NCBI GenBank assembly: GCA_963843975.1
Contig: CAWJMG010000001.1
Coordinates: 300,001 to 332,000, forward strand
Source of the DNA: an uncultured Actinomycetes bacterium
GTDB lineage: Bacteria; Actinomycetota; Actinomycetes; S36-B12; CAIYMF01
DNA: 32,000 bases
Direction: 5' to 3'
Shown: in pieces, positions 1-9,278 of the stretch
How positions within the stretch are numbered: position 1 is the first letter of the stretch
How the letters are laid out: each line of letters begins with the position of its first letter
The notes under the pieces: model-generated
Database searches by the model: none
Told to the model about the DNA's origin: nothing
The model's input: the letters and a program-made list of their open reading frames with translations, nothing else
Position numbers and translations under genes: made by a program

Positions 1-366
1 TGTGCATGCTCGACGGGCGAGGGCGTCTATTGGCCCATGCAACTACAGGACAACACGCCCCTCGACGTCTGCTTCCTTGCCGTTGGCGTGCAAACCGTAG
101 TGAGCACTTGCCGGCCTGTAGGCGATGTAAGCGCGCTGTTGTTTGCTCTGGAGTTCCATCACGAGGTGCTATCGGGCGTCAACCCATGGTCTGCCTACAG
201 CAGGGCGCGTCACGTACTGCGAGCGCCCTACGCCTCCTCAGTAGCACCAGCGATCGCTAAGCGCCTAGATGGCTTGCTGCCGGATTGGAGGGAGCGATCC
301 CTTCAGTCAGACGAGGACGACTGGCTCGCGTTCCGCATTGCTGGTCGTCACTGGGCTGAGCGTTAG
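1..366 (+). CDS. hypothetical protein, 5' end outside window
   Basis: Frame 1 is open from nt 1 to TAG 364-366. Tracked ORF 37..366 is its ATG-bounded part and ends ...DEDDWLAFRIAGRHWAER. Looks less GC-rich than the backbone by eye. No motif recognised. Confidence 0.35.
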   Translation, partial: CACSTGEGVYWPMQLQDNTPLDVCFLAVGVQTVVSTCRPVGDVSALLFALEFHHEVLSGVNPWSAYSRARHVLRAPYASSVAPAIAKRLDGLLPDWRERSLQSDEDDWLAFRIAGRHWAER

Positions 367-662
367 GCTGCCTCAGGTTGGGGCAGGGACCGAAGGACGA
401 TGACCCCGGACCTTCCACGGCAATGGTGCCCTCCAGGCCCGGACAATCGACGTCTCCGCAAGCCGTGGTCAGGCATTCTCCCAACTGCCGTCGGCGTGAT
501 CTCCCTGGCGGCCAGGAACGGCGATGGCCAACCGATCACCCCTCCAGCGGAGTTTCAGTCCAGGTCCGGGACCACGGGCAACGGACGAACGAACCACTAC
601 CGCCCGCGTCATCGCGCCACCAATGCCGAATGAGCCTCGGGTAGCGCAGAGCACGAGCGTAG

Positions 663-894
663 GGCGGCTTCGCCGCGGGGGCTCGAGGCGACGCGGCGGT
701 CCTCCCGGTGCAAGTGGGACCTCCACACACCGCGGCAGAATGAATGGCTCGGCAGGAATCTGCGGTGCCATTCCCGGAACAGGTGATCGGGTGTGTGGAG
801 GTGCCGCGACGAGGCCGTCAGCGGCGTCGCTTTGCGCCGAGGGATCCGACCCCGAGGAAGACTCCTCCCGAATTCGAGGGACCTCGCCGACCGC
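663..894. repeat. diverged copy (left part) of the sequence module that lies immediately downstream of ssrA; split by the IS256 insertion
   Basis: GGCGGCTTCGCCGC 663-676 = 11014-11027. GCGGCGGTCCTCCCG 693-707 = 11046-11060. GTGGAGGTGCCG 795-806 = ssrA 3' end 11162-11173. TCCTCCCGAATTCGAGGGACCTCGCCGACC 863-892 matches 11053-11082 at 28/30. Confidence 0.6.
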
Positions 895-2331
895 GGTCAC
901 GTCCCACCGCGTGGTGTAACTCGAGCCGGTCGTGATCGGCTTCGCGGTGGTGCTTGTCTGACTATGACGCCATGAGTTCGGGGACCGCCACCTCCTTGGT
1001 CGAGTCGAGGGTGGCGGCGCCGATCTGGGCCATCGAGTTCTCGGACAGGTAGCGGCGGTCGGAGACCTGCCATTCGTCGTGGGTCTCGATCAGGACCGCG
1101 CCGGCCAGGCGCAGCAGCGCCTTCGGGTTCGGGAAGACACCGACGACGTCGGTGCGGCGTTTGATCTCCTTGTTCACCCGCTCCAACGGGTTGGTCGACC
1201 AGATCTTCTTCCAGTGCGCGGGCGGGAAGTCCGCGAACGCGGTCACGTCGTCAGCGGCCTCGCGGAGCATCGCCTCGACCTTGGGGAACTGGCGGCCGAG
1301 CATGGTGGCGATGACGTCGAGCTGGTCGCGGACGTGCTCGGCGTCGGGTTGGGCGAAGATCGTGCGGACCGCGGCTGCGACCATCTCCTGCGACGCCTTG
1401 GGGACCTGGGCCAGGACGTTGCGCAGGAAGTGGACCCGGCACCGCTGCCAGGACGACCCGATCATCACCGCGGCGATAGCCGCCTTGAGGCCGGTGTGGG
1501 CGTCGGAGATGACCAGCTTCACCCCGTGCAGGCCGCGGGCCTTCAGCGAGCGCAGGAACGCGGTCCAGAACGCTCCCTCTTCGCTGTCGCCGACGGCGAA
1601 GCCCAGGACTTCCCTTCTCCCGTCAGCACTCACCCCGGTGGCGACCACGACGGCTTGGGACGCGACCCGCGACCCCTTGCCGCCCTTCCCACCACCGATG
1701 CGGGCCTTGCAGTAGGTCGCGTCGAGGAACACGTAGGGGAACTCGTCCTCGGACAGGTCCCGGTCAGCGAACGCTGCGACCTCGGTGTCGAGGTCCGCGC
1801 AGATCCTCGACACCTCGGACTTGGAGATCCCGGTGTCCGCACCGAGTGCCTTGACCAGGTCGTCGACCTTGCGCACGCTCGTGCCGGTGACGTAGGCCTC
1901 CATCACGACCGCGAACAGCGCCTGATCGATCCGGCGGCGCCGCTCGAGCAGCGACGGGAAGAACGACCCGGCCCGCAGCTTCGGGAGCGCCAGCTCGACG
2001 TCCCCGGCCTGGGTCGTGAACACCCGGTCGCGGTGACCGTTGCGCTGCACCACACGGGACTCGGTGCGCTGGTGACGCTCGGCGCCGATCACCGCGGTCG
2101 CCTCGGCCTCGATCAGCTCTTGCAAGATCACCTGCACGGCGTCGCGGATCATCTCCACGGACTCGCCGGCCTTCAACGCATCCAACACTTCGAGCAGGGC
2201 AGACTGGGACAGGGCCATCGTGTGTAGTTCCCTTCGCGAGTTCCTTGGTCGGTTCTCACGAAGCCTCACACGATGGCCCCTCAACGCTCAGGAGGCCCGC
2301 CCGGAGTTACACCACTCGACGGGACGTGACC
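895..2331 (-). mobile_element. IS256-family insertion sequence (1437 bp), apparently intact
   Basis: 28-bp imperfect terminal inverted repeats: GGTCACGTCCCACCGCGTGGTGTAACTC at 895-922, and the reverse complement of 2304-2331 (GGTCACGTCCCGTCGAGTGGTGTAACTC), 25/28 identical. Perfect 8-bp direct repeat CCGACCGC at 887-894 and 2332-2339, the size expected for an IS256 target duplication. Contains a single transposase ORF. Confidence 0.9.
962..2218 (-). CDS. IS256-family (mutator-type) transposase, 418 aa
   Basis: Translation MALSQSALLEVLDAL... shows the family-typical blocks ...FLDATYCKAR..., ...VISDAHTGLKAAI..., ...WQRCRVHFLRN..., ...STNPLERVNKEIKRRT.... ATG at 2218 is preferred over the tracked upstream start 2284, whose extra 22 aa are Arg-rich. 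TAG at 962-964. Confidence 0.93.
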   Translation of the reverse strand: MALSQSALLEVLDALKAGESVEMIRDAVQVILQELIEAEATAVIGAERHQRTESRVVQRNGHRDRVFTTQAGDVELALPKLRAGSFFPSLLERRRRIDQALFAVVMEAYVTGTSVRKVDDLVKALGADTGISKSEVSRICADLDTEVAAFADRDLSEDEFPYVFLDATYCKARIGGGKGGKGSRVASQAVVVATGVSADGRREVLGFAVGDSEEGAFWTAFLRSLKARGLHGVKLVISDAHTGLKAAIAAVMIGSSWQRCRVHFLRNVLAQVPKASQEMVAAAVRTIFAQPDAEHVRDQLDVIATMLGRQFPKVEAMLREAADDVTAFADFPPAHWKKIWSTNPLERVNKEIKRRTDVVGVFPNPKALLRLAGAVLIETHDEWQVSDRRYLSENSMAQIGAATLDSTKEVAVPELMAS

Positions 2332-2414
2332 CCGACCGCTGTAGCGAACGAGCCCCACAATCGAACGAGCCCTGACACGCGTGTGTCAGGGCTCGTTCGC
2401 AACGGGGGTGAGTG
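2332..2414. repeat. diverged copy (right part) of the ssrA-downstream module, including a perfect 15-bp-stem hairpin
   Basis: Same architecture as 11083-11164. It has a half-arm copy (GAACGAGCCCC 2346-2356), then the hairpin GAACGAGCCCTGACA / TGTCAGGGCTCGTTC (2363-2377 / 2384-2398), then GGGGTGAGTG (2405-2414 = 11155-11164). Similarity to the ssrA locus stops at 2414. Confidence 0.6.
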
Positions 2415-2462
2415 TCGTGTTAACCGTTCCTCTGACCAGCACGGATGAACCAGTTCGCCACG

Positions 2463-2774
2463 TCAGGCAGGGTGGTTCTGGGCTTCGTTCAGGGTCGCCC
2501 GGGGCCGCCAGTCGCCAGCGGTGATGTCGCCCTTGACGTGCTCGTCGGCGTCGCAGAGGTCGGCAAAGTACTAGGCGAGCTCGAGATGCTGGGCAGGGGT
2601 TCAGTCGGGGTCGAGGCCCCGGTGCCGCGCACCGTCGCGGAGAGAGATGACCGCGTCCAAGTCGAAGTTGCTGCGCTCGTGTGCGTGGTGGGCAGGCATG
2701 ACGGCGCGCTGGTAGCCATCGAAGTCCTCGGCCGCGTCTACGTCTAGAGGACGTTGCCCGTATCGAGTCCTTCC
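2463..2774 (-). pseudogene. decayed gene remnant with two in-frame stop codons, product unknown
   Basis: One minus-strand frame has strong GC3 bias and a protein-like translation: ...DVDAAEDFDGYQRAVMPAHHAHERSNFDLDAVISLRDGARHRGLDPD*TPAQHLELA*YFADLCDADEHVKGDITAGDWRPRATLNEAQNHPA*. In-frame TGA at 2601-2603 and TAG at 2571-2573; terminal TGA at 2463-2465. It is absent from the ORF track because it is broken into short pieces. Confidence 0.3.
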
Positions 2775-2850
2775 TCACATCACTCCTTGACGCGAACTCC
2801 TCCTAGAAGTGGCTTGCGCAGTCCCGGAGACTGGGCTCGAGGAGGTCAAG

Positions 2851-3730
2851 ATGAGTTCGAACGGGAAGCTGTCCGGGTCTGAGCGCCAGGCAATGCTGCG
2901 CCTTGAGCCGTACTTGGGTCGCCTGGACCGCCTGGACGTCCCGGGAACCTCGGGGCTCCCGGACTTCATGGTGGCCGAAGGGCCGGAGGCCGGTGGCGCT
3001 CTCGAGGTGACGGAGTGGCTGGATTCCGATCGCGCAAAGCAGCGCGGTCCGATCGCCAACCAGAACGATTGGCAGATCTCCACTCGATGGGCCTGGTCAG
3101 TAGGGCTCCACAAGAAGGCTCAGGTCCGCAAGGTCCTCGGTGACGCTCGACTCGAGGCCGCTCTGGTCGACGCCGAACAACGAGGGCAGCGCCAGCTGCT
3201 TCGCTCCACGACTTCCGATGCCGTGCGAGAAGCTCTTCGACGACCTGCGCATCGACCACGTGTTCGGCTTCGTGGCCAAGCCCGGCCGAGAGGGTGCTGT
3301 ACGGGCTACGTGGGGTTCGTCGGCGGGCTGGGGCTGGGACGGAGCGGGCGTCGGCCAGTGGCTGGTGGGAGAGTTGCTGGTGTCCGCCTTGGTGCGCTCC
3401 AAGGTAGAGAAGCTGGTGCGGTCAGGCCATCAGCCGGCGCACCTTTACGTCGGGCTGGACGCACAGCTGCCCGCCGGGTACGGCGTGACCTCTGCGCTGG
3501 ACTCTGCCGTGCAGCCCGGCGGCGAACCGTTGGCTCTCCCTCAGGTCCCGTTGCCGGACGGCTTGGACACGTTGTGGATCTGGCCGAACACGCCGGAGCC
3601 GGGCCTGCGCCTTGAAGCCGACGGAACGTGGGAGATCGTGTTCGAGACCAAGGCGGCGTCGCAGCAGCTTTGGGCTGTTGCGACGAGCTGGGTCGATTTG
3701 AGCGGCCACACGACCGTAGGCTCAGGCTGA
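2851..3730 (+). pseudogene. hypothetical protein, reading frame broken by an apparent +1 nt insertion near 3222-3232
   Basis: ATG 2851 is preceded by GGAGG (2841-2845). Frame 1 is protein-like up to ...LLRSTTSDAV and then turns Arg/Gly-rich. Frame 2 (tracked ORF 3140..3730) is protein-like from ...EKLFDDLRIDHVFGFVAKPG to the TGA at 3728-3730. The span is 880 nt (3n+1). No family recognised. Confidence 0.5.
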
Positions 3731-4996
3731 CGGCTCTTGGCTGTCGACCATGAGCTCGGCGTGCACGCCGTCTGACCGACCCAGGGCCCGCAGAAGCCGG
3801 CCCACGAGTCGGTAGGTCAGCTGCCCGGACGCCTGCTCCATCTCCTCGGTCGTGACGACGCAGTAGTTACGGAAGTCGCCGCCGCCAACGGCGTACGCCT
3901 GTGGCCGGACTCGGAAGTTCCATCTGCTGTGCTCGAAGGCTGCCAAGCCCTCGATGCCAGTCGCGGCGGCACCGAGCAGCCACGGCCCTCGATAGCCGGT
4001 CTCGCGACCAACGTGCAGGGCCATGAGGATCAACTGTCGGGTGTACGCGACAGCCATGACATCGAAGATCTGCTGCACGGGGGTCTGGTCGCCATCTCGC
4101 AGGCCGTCGCTGAAGCGACCCGCGAAGAGCCGCAGCTGGCCGTCTTCGCTGAGTTCGACCTCCACGATGTCTTCCGGGTGGCTGTGACCGATGTCGGGGT
4201 TGAGCGTGCGGTCGGGGTTGAGCCCGTGGCTGGCGAACGCCGCCCCGTCCGGCCGTCGGGCCGGCTGGTTGGCGTCTCGCAGCTCAGGCACGAAGAGCTG
4301 ATGGCCGAGCGGAGAGACCTGCAGAGCGGCTGTCATCATCGCCCGGAAGCGGCTCTGCCAGTCGGACCCGTGCACCAGCGGGAGCGCCATCTCCAGCGTG
4401 GGCCGAACCGGTGAGGCGACTGCGAAGAAGTGGGCCTGCTCCCGGGTCGCCTCGGGTACGGGATCGCGGGCGATGAGCTCATCGAGGAGCTGCGCGCCCG
4501 CCTCCCCACGCAGGTGAAGCTGGGAGTGCAGCCGCGTCACGTCGGCGTCCGAGAGCCGGATCTTGGTCTTGTCGCCGCGACCCATGTACACGTGCTGGAC
4601 CATGTGCGGCGCCCGCGGCGACGCGGGCACATGGACGACGACGTAGCCGAGGCCCGGACCTCCGCCGGGGATGACCTCGGTCCGCAGGTACAGCGGTGGG
4701 TCGATGGCAGTCAGCGCGATCTGCTCGATGCGTTCGGGTAGACCGGCCAACTCAACGGGAGCCGGCTCCAGCCGCCCTTCGTTCTCGGCAACGCCGAGGA
4801 TCAAGGTGCCGCCGTCGATGGCGAACTGGGCCAGGTCGCGTGCGAGCTCTCGGTTGGCTGACTGGCCGCCTTCGACGGCCGACTTGAACTCGAGGTAGTG
4901 ATTCTCCTCGACCAGCCCGGATGCCAGGGCGTCACGAAGCTCGGCTTCGTTACGCGGTCTCCAGCGGGGTGTGCCGGGGCCCGTATAGACGGTCAC
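3722..4996 (-). CDS. AlbA_2/Schlafen-like domain protein with an uncharacterised C-terminal ~300 aa; fourth gene of the type I R-M operon
   Basis: 424 aa. The N-terminus ...[22 protein letters not shown]...[15 protein letters not shown]...[10 protein letters not shown]... fits my recollection of the AlbA_2 (PF04326) signature. The GTG start (4996-4994) overlaps the hsdR TGA (4995-4993) as GTGA. Confidence 0.75.
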   Translation of the reverse strand: MTVYTGPGTPRWRPRNEAELRDALASGLVEENHYLEFKSAVEGGQSANRELARDLAQFAIDGGTLILGVAENEGRLEPAPVELAGLPERIEQIALTAIDPPLYLRTEVIPGGGPGLGYVVVHVPASPRAPHMVQHVYMGRGDKTKIRLSDADVTRLHSQLHLRGEAGAQLLDELIARDPVPEATREQAHFFAVASPVRPTLEMALPLVHGSDWQSRFRAMMTAALQVSPLGHQLFVPELRDANQPARRPDGAAFASHGLNPDRTLNPDIGHSHPEDIVEVELSEDGQLRLFAGRFSDGLRDGDQTPVQQIFDVMAVAYTRQLILMALHVGRETGYRGPWLLGAAATGIEGLAAFEHSRWNFRVRPQAYAVGGGDFRNYCVVTTEEMEQASGQLTYRLVGRLLRALGRSDGVHAELMVDSQEPSA

Positions 4997-7900
4997 GCTG
5001 CTTCCTCACTGGCGATGACTTCAGCCTGTTCGAGTACGAGTTGCGTAGCGGTGGGCTCCTGGTCGGGCGGGTAGCCGTACTTGAGCAGGAGCCGGCGGAT
5101 GGTGGCGCGGAGCTTGGCGCGGACCTGTTCCTTGACGTTCCAGTCGGTCTTGGCGTCGCGGCGGACGATCTCGACGAGCTCGTGGGCGATCTTCTTCAGG
5201 GTGTCGTCGCCCAGTTCCATAACGGCGGACTGGTTGGCACAGATGGCGTCGTAGAAGGCGAGCTCGTCGTTGTTCAGACCGAGCTGGGTGCCGCGGTCGG
5301 CCTCGGTCTTGAGAGCCTGGGCGAGGGCGACCAGTTCGGCAACGACCTGGGCGGCGTCGAGGGTGCGGTTCTGGTAGCGGAGCAGGGATGCTTCGAGCAT
5401 CTCGGAGAACTGCTTGCCGGTGACGATGTTGCGCTTCCCGACGCGGCGGATCTCGTCGTTGAGGAGCTTCTTGAGCATCTCGATCTGCAGGTTCGGGTTG
5501 TTCGCGGTCTTGAACTTGGCGATGAACGACTCGTCGATCAGGGACAGGTCGGGCTTGGCGATGCCGGCTTCCGCGTAGATGTCGATGACGCCGGTGCCGG
5601 TCATGGCGTCGGACAGGATCTGACGCACGGCGGTGTCGAGGGCGGCGTTGGGGTCGCCGTCCTCCCGGTCGGATCCTTCGATCTTGGAGATCTGGGCGCG
5701 GACTGCCTCGAAGAAGGCGACGTCGTCGCGGATCTTCAGGGCGGCGTCCGAGGGGACGCACATGATGTAGAGCTTGACCAGGTCGCGGGTGTTGGACATG
5801 AACCGGCACTTCAGGCAGGGCTGGTCCTTGGTGCAGGCGTCCTTGCCGGTGCCTGGGTGCTTGGACAGCAGGTATTCGACGGTTCCGGTGAGCGTGTCGA
5901 GGAAGGCCTTGGGACCGCCGGCGGCGAGCTTCTTGCGCCAGTCGTAGCCGTGCAGGATGGTCACGACGACGTCGTGCTTGGCCTTCATGCCGGGGATGGC
6001 CTGGGCGGCGATGTCCTGACCGAGCTCCTGGTTCTCCTGGTCGCGCTGGGTGTAGTCGGCAAGCGCGGATTTGAGGTCTTCGGCGATGCCGAGGTAGTCG
6101 ACGACGAGGCCGGCGGGCTTGTCCTTGAAGGTGCGGTTCACTCGGGCGATGGCCTGCATGAGGTTCGCGCCCTTCATGGGCTTGTCCACGTACATGGTGT
6201 GCATGGAAGGGGAGTCGAACCCGGTCAGCCACATGTCGCGGACGATGACCAGCTCGAGCGGGTCGTTGGGGTCCTTGGCGCGGGACTTCAGGTCGCGCAA
6301 GGCCTGCTTGGAGCGGATGTGGGGCTGCATGGTCTGGTCGTCGGCAGCGGAGCCGGTGATGACGACCTTGAGGACACCGGTGCCGTCATCGTCGGTTGCC
6401 CAGTCGGGGCGCAGCTTGGCGATCTCGTCGTAGAGGGCGACCGCGATGCGGCGCGACATGGTGACGATCATGGCCTTGCCGGCGAGGACCTCGCGGCGCT
6501 TCTCCCAGTGCTCGACGATGTCGGCGGCGAGCTCCTTGATGCGCTTCTCCGACCCGACGATGGCTTCGATCTGCGCCCAGCGGGTCTTCAGTCGCTCTTT
6601 GGCCTCCTCCTCCGTGCCGGACGTGGCGAGGGCGAACGCTTCGTCGAGCTGGGCGAGGGTGGACTTGGGGAGCTCGATCTTGGCCAGACGCGGCTCGTAG
6701 AGGACCTTGACGGTCGCTCCGTCGGCGACGGCCTGGGTGAGGTCGTAGACGTCGATGTAGTCGCCGAAGACCTGCTTGGTGGACTTGTCCGCCGACTCGA
6801 TCGGAGTGCCGGTGAACCCGATGTACGTGGCGTTCGGAAGTCCGTCGCGCAGGTGGCGGGCGAACCCGTCGATGAAGTCGTAGTTCGACCGGTGGGCCTC
6901 ATCGACCATCACCACGATGTTCATGCGATCCGACAGGGTCGGGAACGCCGTGCCAGCGTCCTTCTCCTCCTTGGAGAGCCCGAACTTCTGAATGGTGGAG
7001 AAGATGATCCCGCCCGACTGACGCTTCGCCAGCAGAGCCTTCAGGTCGTCGCGGCTGGTCGCCTGAAGGGGCTTCTCCGGCAGCGGAGCCCCGGGGCGGG
7101 AAGCGGCGAAGGTGTCGTCGAAGAGCTGGTCGTCGAGGTCGTTGCGGTCGGTCAGGACGACGATGGTGGGGTTCTCCATCGCCGGGTGGCGCATCATCTT
7201 GCCGGCGTACCACTCCATCTCCAGGCTCTTGCCTGAGCCCTGCGTGTGCCAGACGACACCGGCACGACCGTCGCCCTCGACCGCTTCCACGGTGGAGATG
7301 ACGGCCTTGTTGACGGCCCAATACTGGTGATACTTCGCGGTCTTCTTCACCAGCACGCTGGTCTTCAGGCCAGCGGCGTCGGTCTTGGACTCGTCGCTGT
7401 AGACGGTGAAGTTCCGGACCAGGTCGAGCAGGCGCTCCGGATTGAGCATGCCCTTGATGAGCACCTCGATCTGCGGCGTCGACGCTGGCGCGAGGTTCAT
7501 GCCGTCGATCGTCTTCCAGGGCGCGTAGTGCTCCCAGCCAGCGGTGAACGTCGCGGCGCGGGCCTGGACCCCGTCGGAGATCACGCTGACCTGGTTCCAG
7601 GTGAACGCGTCAGGGATCTGCTTCACATACGTCTGGATCTGGTTGAACGCACCTTTCAACGTCGCGTTCGACGTGCCGGCCCGCTTCAACTCGACGAGGA
7701 CGAGCGGAAGGCCGTTCACGAACAGCATCACGTCAGGCCGTCGTTCACTCTTCCCGATGATCGTGAACTGGTTGATCGCCACGAGGTCGTTGTTCGACCA
7801 GTCATCCCAATCGACAAGGCGGGCACGCACGCCACGAATCGACCCGTCAGCCATGCGGAACTGAACCGGAACGCCGAGCGTGAGGAGCTCGTAGGCACGC

Positions 7901-8157
7901 CAGTTCTCCGCCATCACCGACTGCGACTCAGCACGAAGCGCAGTCTTGACGACCTCGTCTACCGCGTCAGCGGGAAGGTCAGGGTTCAGACGCGAGACGG
8001 CATCACGCAGACGGCCGCGGAGGATCGGATCACGGTAGTCCGTGCGCTCAGCACCCGGCTCCCCCGGTGCAATGTCCGGGCCATAGACGAGCGCCCAGCC
8101 TTCTGACTGCAGATAGTCGAGGACTAGGAACTCAAGCTCGGACTCCGTCGGGATCAT
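4993..8157 (-). CDS. hsdR: type I restriction endonuclease subunit R (HsdR), 1054 aa
   Basis: N-terminal nuclease region ...[23 protein letters not shown].... Helicase motif I ...[10 protein letters not shown]... and DEAH box ...VMVDEAHRS.... ATG 8157 ([10 protein letters not shown]...) is chosen instead of tracked start 8244, which would overlap hsdS by 85 nt. Confidence 0.95.
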   Translation of the reverse strand: MIPTESELEFLVLDYLQSEGWALVYGPDIAPGEPGAERTDYRDPILRGRLRDAVSRLNPDLPADAVDEVVKTALRAESQSVMAENWRAYELLTLGVPVQFRMADGSIRGVRARLVDWDDWSNNDLVAINQFTIIGKSERRPDVMLFVNGLPLVLVELKRAGTSNATLKGAFNQIQTYVKQIPDAFTWNQVSVISDGVQARAATFTAGWEHYAPWKTIDGMNLAPASTPQIEVLIKGMLNPERLLDLVRNFTVYSDESKTDAAGLKTSVLVKKTAKYHQYWAVNKAVISTVEAVEGDGRAGVVWHTQGSGKSLEMEWYAGKMMRHPAMENPTIVVLTDRNDLDDQLFDDTFAASRPGAPLPEKPLQATSRDDLKALLAKRQSGGIIFSTIQKFGLSKEEKDAGTAFPTLSDRMNIVVMVDEAHRSNYDFIDGFARHLRDGLPNATYIGFTGTPIESADKSTKQVFGDYIDVYDLTQAVADGATVKVLYEPRLAKIELPKSTLAQLDEAFALATSGTEEEAKERLKTRWAQIEAIVGSEKRIKELAADIVEHWEKRREVLAGKAMIVTMSRRIAVALYDEIAKLRPDWATDDDGTGVLKVVITGSAADDQTMQPHIRSKQALRDLKSRAKDPNDPLELVIVRDMWLTGFDSPSMHTMYVDKPMKGANLMQAIARVNRTFKDKPAGLVVDYLGIAEDLKSALADYTQRDQENQELGQDIAAQAIPGMKAKHDVVVTILHGYDWRKKLAAGGPKAFLDTLTGTVEYLLSKHPGTGKDACTKDQPCLKCRFMSNTRDLVKLYIMCVPSDAALKIRDDVAFFEAVRAQISKIEGSDREDGDPNAALDTAVRQILSDAMTGTGVIDIYAEAGIAKPDLSLIDESFIAKFKTANNPNLQIEMLKKLLNDEIRRVGKRNIVTGKQFSEMLEASLLRYQNRTLDAAQVVAELVALAQALKTEADRGTQLGLNNDELAFYDAICANQSAVMELGDDTLKKIAHELVEIVRRDAKTDWNVKEQVRAKLRATIRRLLLKYGYPPDQEPTATQLVLEQAEVIASEEAA

Positions 8158-8159
8158 GC

Positions 8160-9278
8160 TCACGCAGCAACATCCCCCACCCGTACACGCCCCGACATCA
8201 ACAACGGCAGCAGCTCGTCGCGGGTGGACGCGAGCTCGCTGCATTCAACTTCGAGCACCTGCGCCGTGTTCCAGAGCGGGTGGATGACACTCATCAGCCG
8301 AGCCAGGTCGGATTCGGGAAGGACCTTGATGCTCCGCCGTAGAGCATTCTCCCTATTGAGGCCAGGTACTGCGGAATCCGTGTTCATCCCCGAGAGCCCA
8401 ACCGACTCCAGTGCGAGGAACGCGTACAGCATGGGAAGCTCAGTCTGCACATAGAAGGCCGTGTCAATGGGGAAGAAGTCGGCATCAACCCAGGTGACCG
8501 ATCCAACTGTCCCCTTACGGCCGACGACCACGCCTGGCCCCGACACCAATGACTTGTCATGCGAGTCGACGATCCCGGCGCTGCTCACAACTGGGAAACG
8601 GCCCGGTCGTCGTTCTCTCGCTGGAAGCGCCTTGCCGTACTTGAAGTCGATCACATCTCCCGCAACGACTGACGCGCCACATGCCACCGCTGACTCATAG
8701 GTGCTGCGAACTAGCGCTCGCAGATCCGCAATAAGCTGCCGGTCCACCTCGATGAGGTCATCCAGTGCTCCTAGAACCCCCGCGATACGACGCTGCTCGT
8801 CTAGGGGAGGAAGCAACACAGGCAGTGCGGACAGGATCTCGGTGTTCAGGTTCGGCATCGTCGCACCGACCGCCCGAGCGATAAGCCAGTCGTGAACGAG
8901 AGGTGACCCGAGCCAGTACGAAAGCCAGGTCGGATCCGCTGACTGGCCAGGACGCACCAGCAAGCATCCCGTTCCGCACAGCCAACCCGCTTGTGGGCCT
9001 CGAATGAGTGCCCGCTTGGTGATGTCACCTCGCCGGGAGTAGACGACGTCTCCGGCGCGAACCTTGTGTCGAGACAGCCTCTCGACGTGCTCGGTCGCGA
9101 CACGGGCGATGCCGGCCTCTTCCACTCGGTTCTCGCCGATGTTCGTCGGCATCACGACCGGCGTCCCCGCGGCGATGTAGTCACTCGCGTGGAGCTGGCT
9201 TCCGAACGGCCCCGTCTGAATCGAACCGCCAGCAGCGCACATCTCCCCGAGAGTGGTCCAGACAGCCGGGCTAGTCAT
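8160..9278 (-). CDS. hsdS: type I R-M specificity subunit (HsdS), 372 aa, two target-recognition domains
   Basis: Central conserved helix ...[27 protein letters not shown]... and C-terminal repeat ...[20 protein letters not shown] 9278 overlaps the hsdM stop (TAG 9271-9273) by 8 nt. The stop at 8160 lies 2 nt before the hsdR start. Confidence 0.92.
   Translation of the reverse strand: MTSPAVWTTLGEMCAAGGSIQTGPFGSQLHASDYIAAGTPVVMPTNIGENRVEEAGIARVATEHVERLSRHKVRAGDVVYSRRGDITKRALIRGPQAGWLCGTGCLLVRPGQSADPTWLSYWLGSPLVHDWLIARAVGATMPNLNTEILSALPVLLPPLDEQRRIAGVLGALDDLIEVDRQLIADLRALVRSTYESAVACGASVVAGDVIDFKYGKALPARERRPGRFPVVSSAGIVDSHDKSLVSGPGVVVGRKGTVGSVTWVDADFFPIDTAFYVQTELPMLYAFLALESVGLSGMNTDSAVPGLNRENALRRSIKVLPESDLARLMSVIHPLWNTAQVLEVECSELASTRDELLPLLMSGRVRVGDVAA

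Noticed and set aside
530-542. 13-nt identity (AACCGATCACCCC) to the ssrA 5' end (11511-11523) plus a nearby TGGGAGAA, suggesting a second tmRNA fragment
   Set aside because: A 13-mer match is within chance expectation for all-against-all comparison of a 32-kb GC-rich window. The surrounding sequence does not align to ssrA, and no T-arm or tag region follows.
366-840. Overlapping ORFs (378..644, 469..900, 524..919 and others) examined as possible integrase remnants at the island edge
   Set aside because: The translations are Arg/Pro/Gly-rich with no recombinase motifs such as an R..HxxR..Y pattern, and several frames are equally open. This is treated as non-coding repeat and flank sequence.
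2851-3100. Possible PD-(D/E)xK nuclease motif (LPDF...ALEVTEW) in the unknown island gene
   Set aside because: The lysine of the (D/E)xK element is missing, and the spacing and secondary-structure context cannot be judged by eye. Not supportable without a profile search.
2809-3615. 268-aa ORF taken at face value, with start 2809
   Set aside because: The second half is Arg/Gly-rich out-of-frame sequence overlapping the better frame of ORF 3140..3730. ATG 2851 has the SD. It is interpreted as the N-terminal part of one frameshifted gene.
4921-7236. 771-aa plus-strand ORF, the second largest in the window
   Set aside because: It lies entirely antisense to hsdR, which has clear helicase and nuclease motifs. 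Its translation is low-complexity G/V/D/L/A-rich with no motif. This is a typical shadow ORF of a high-GC gene.
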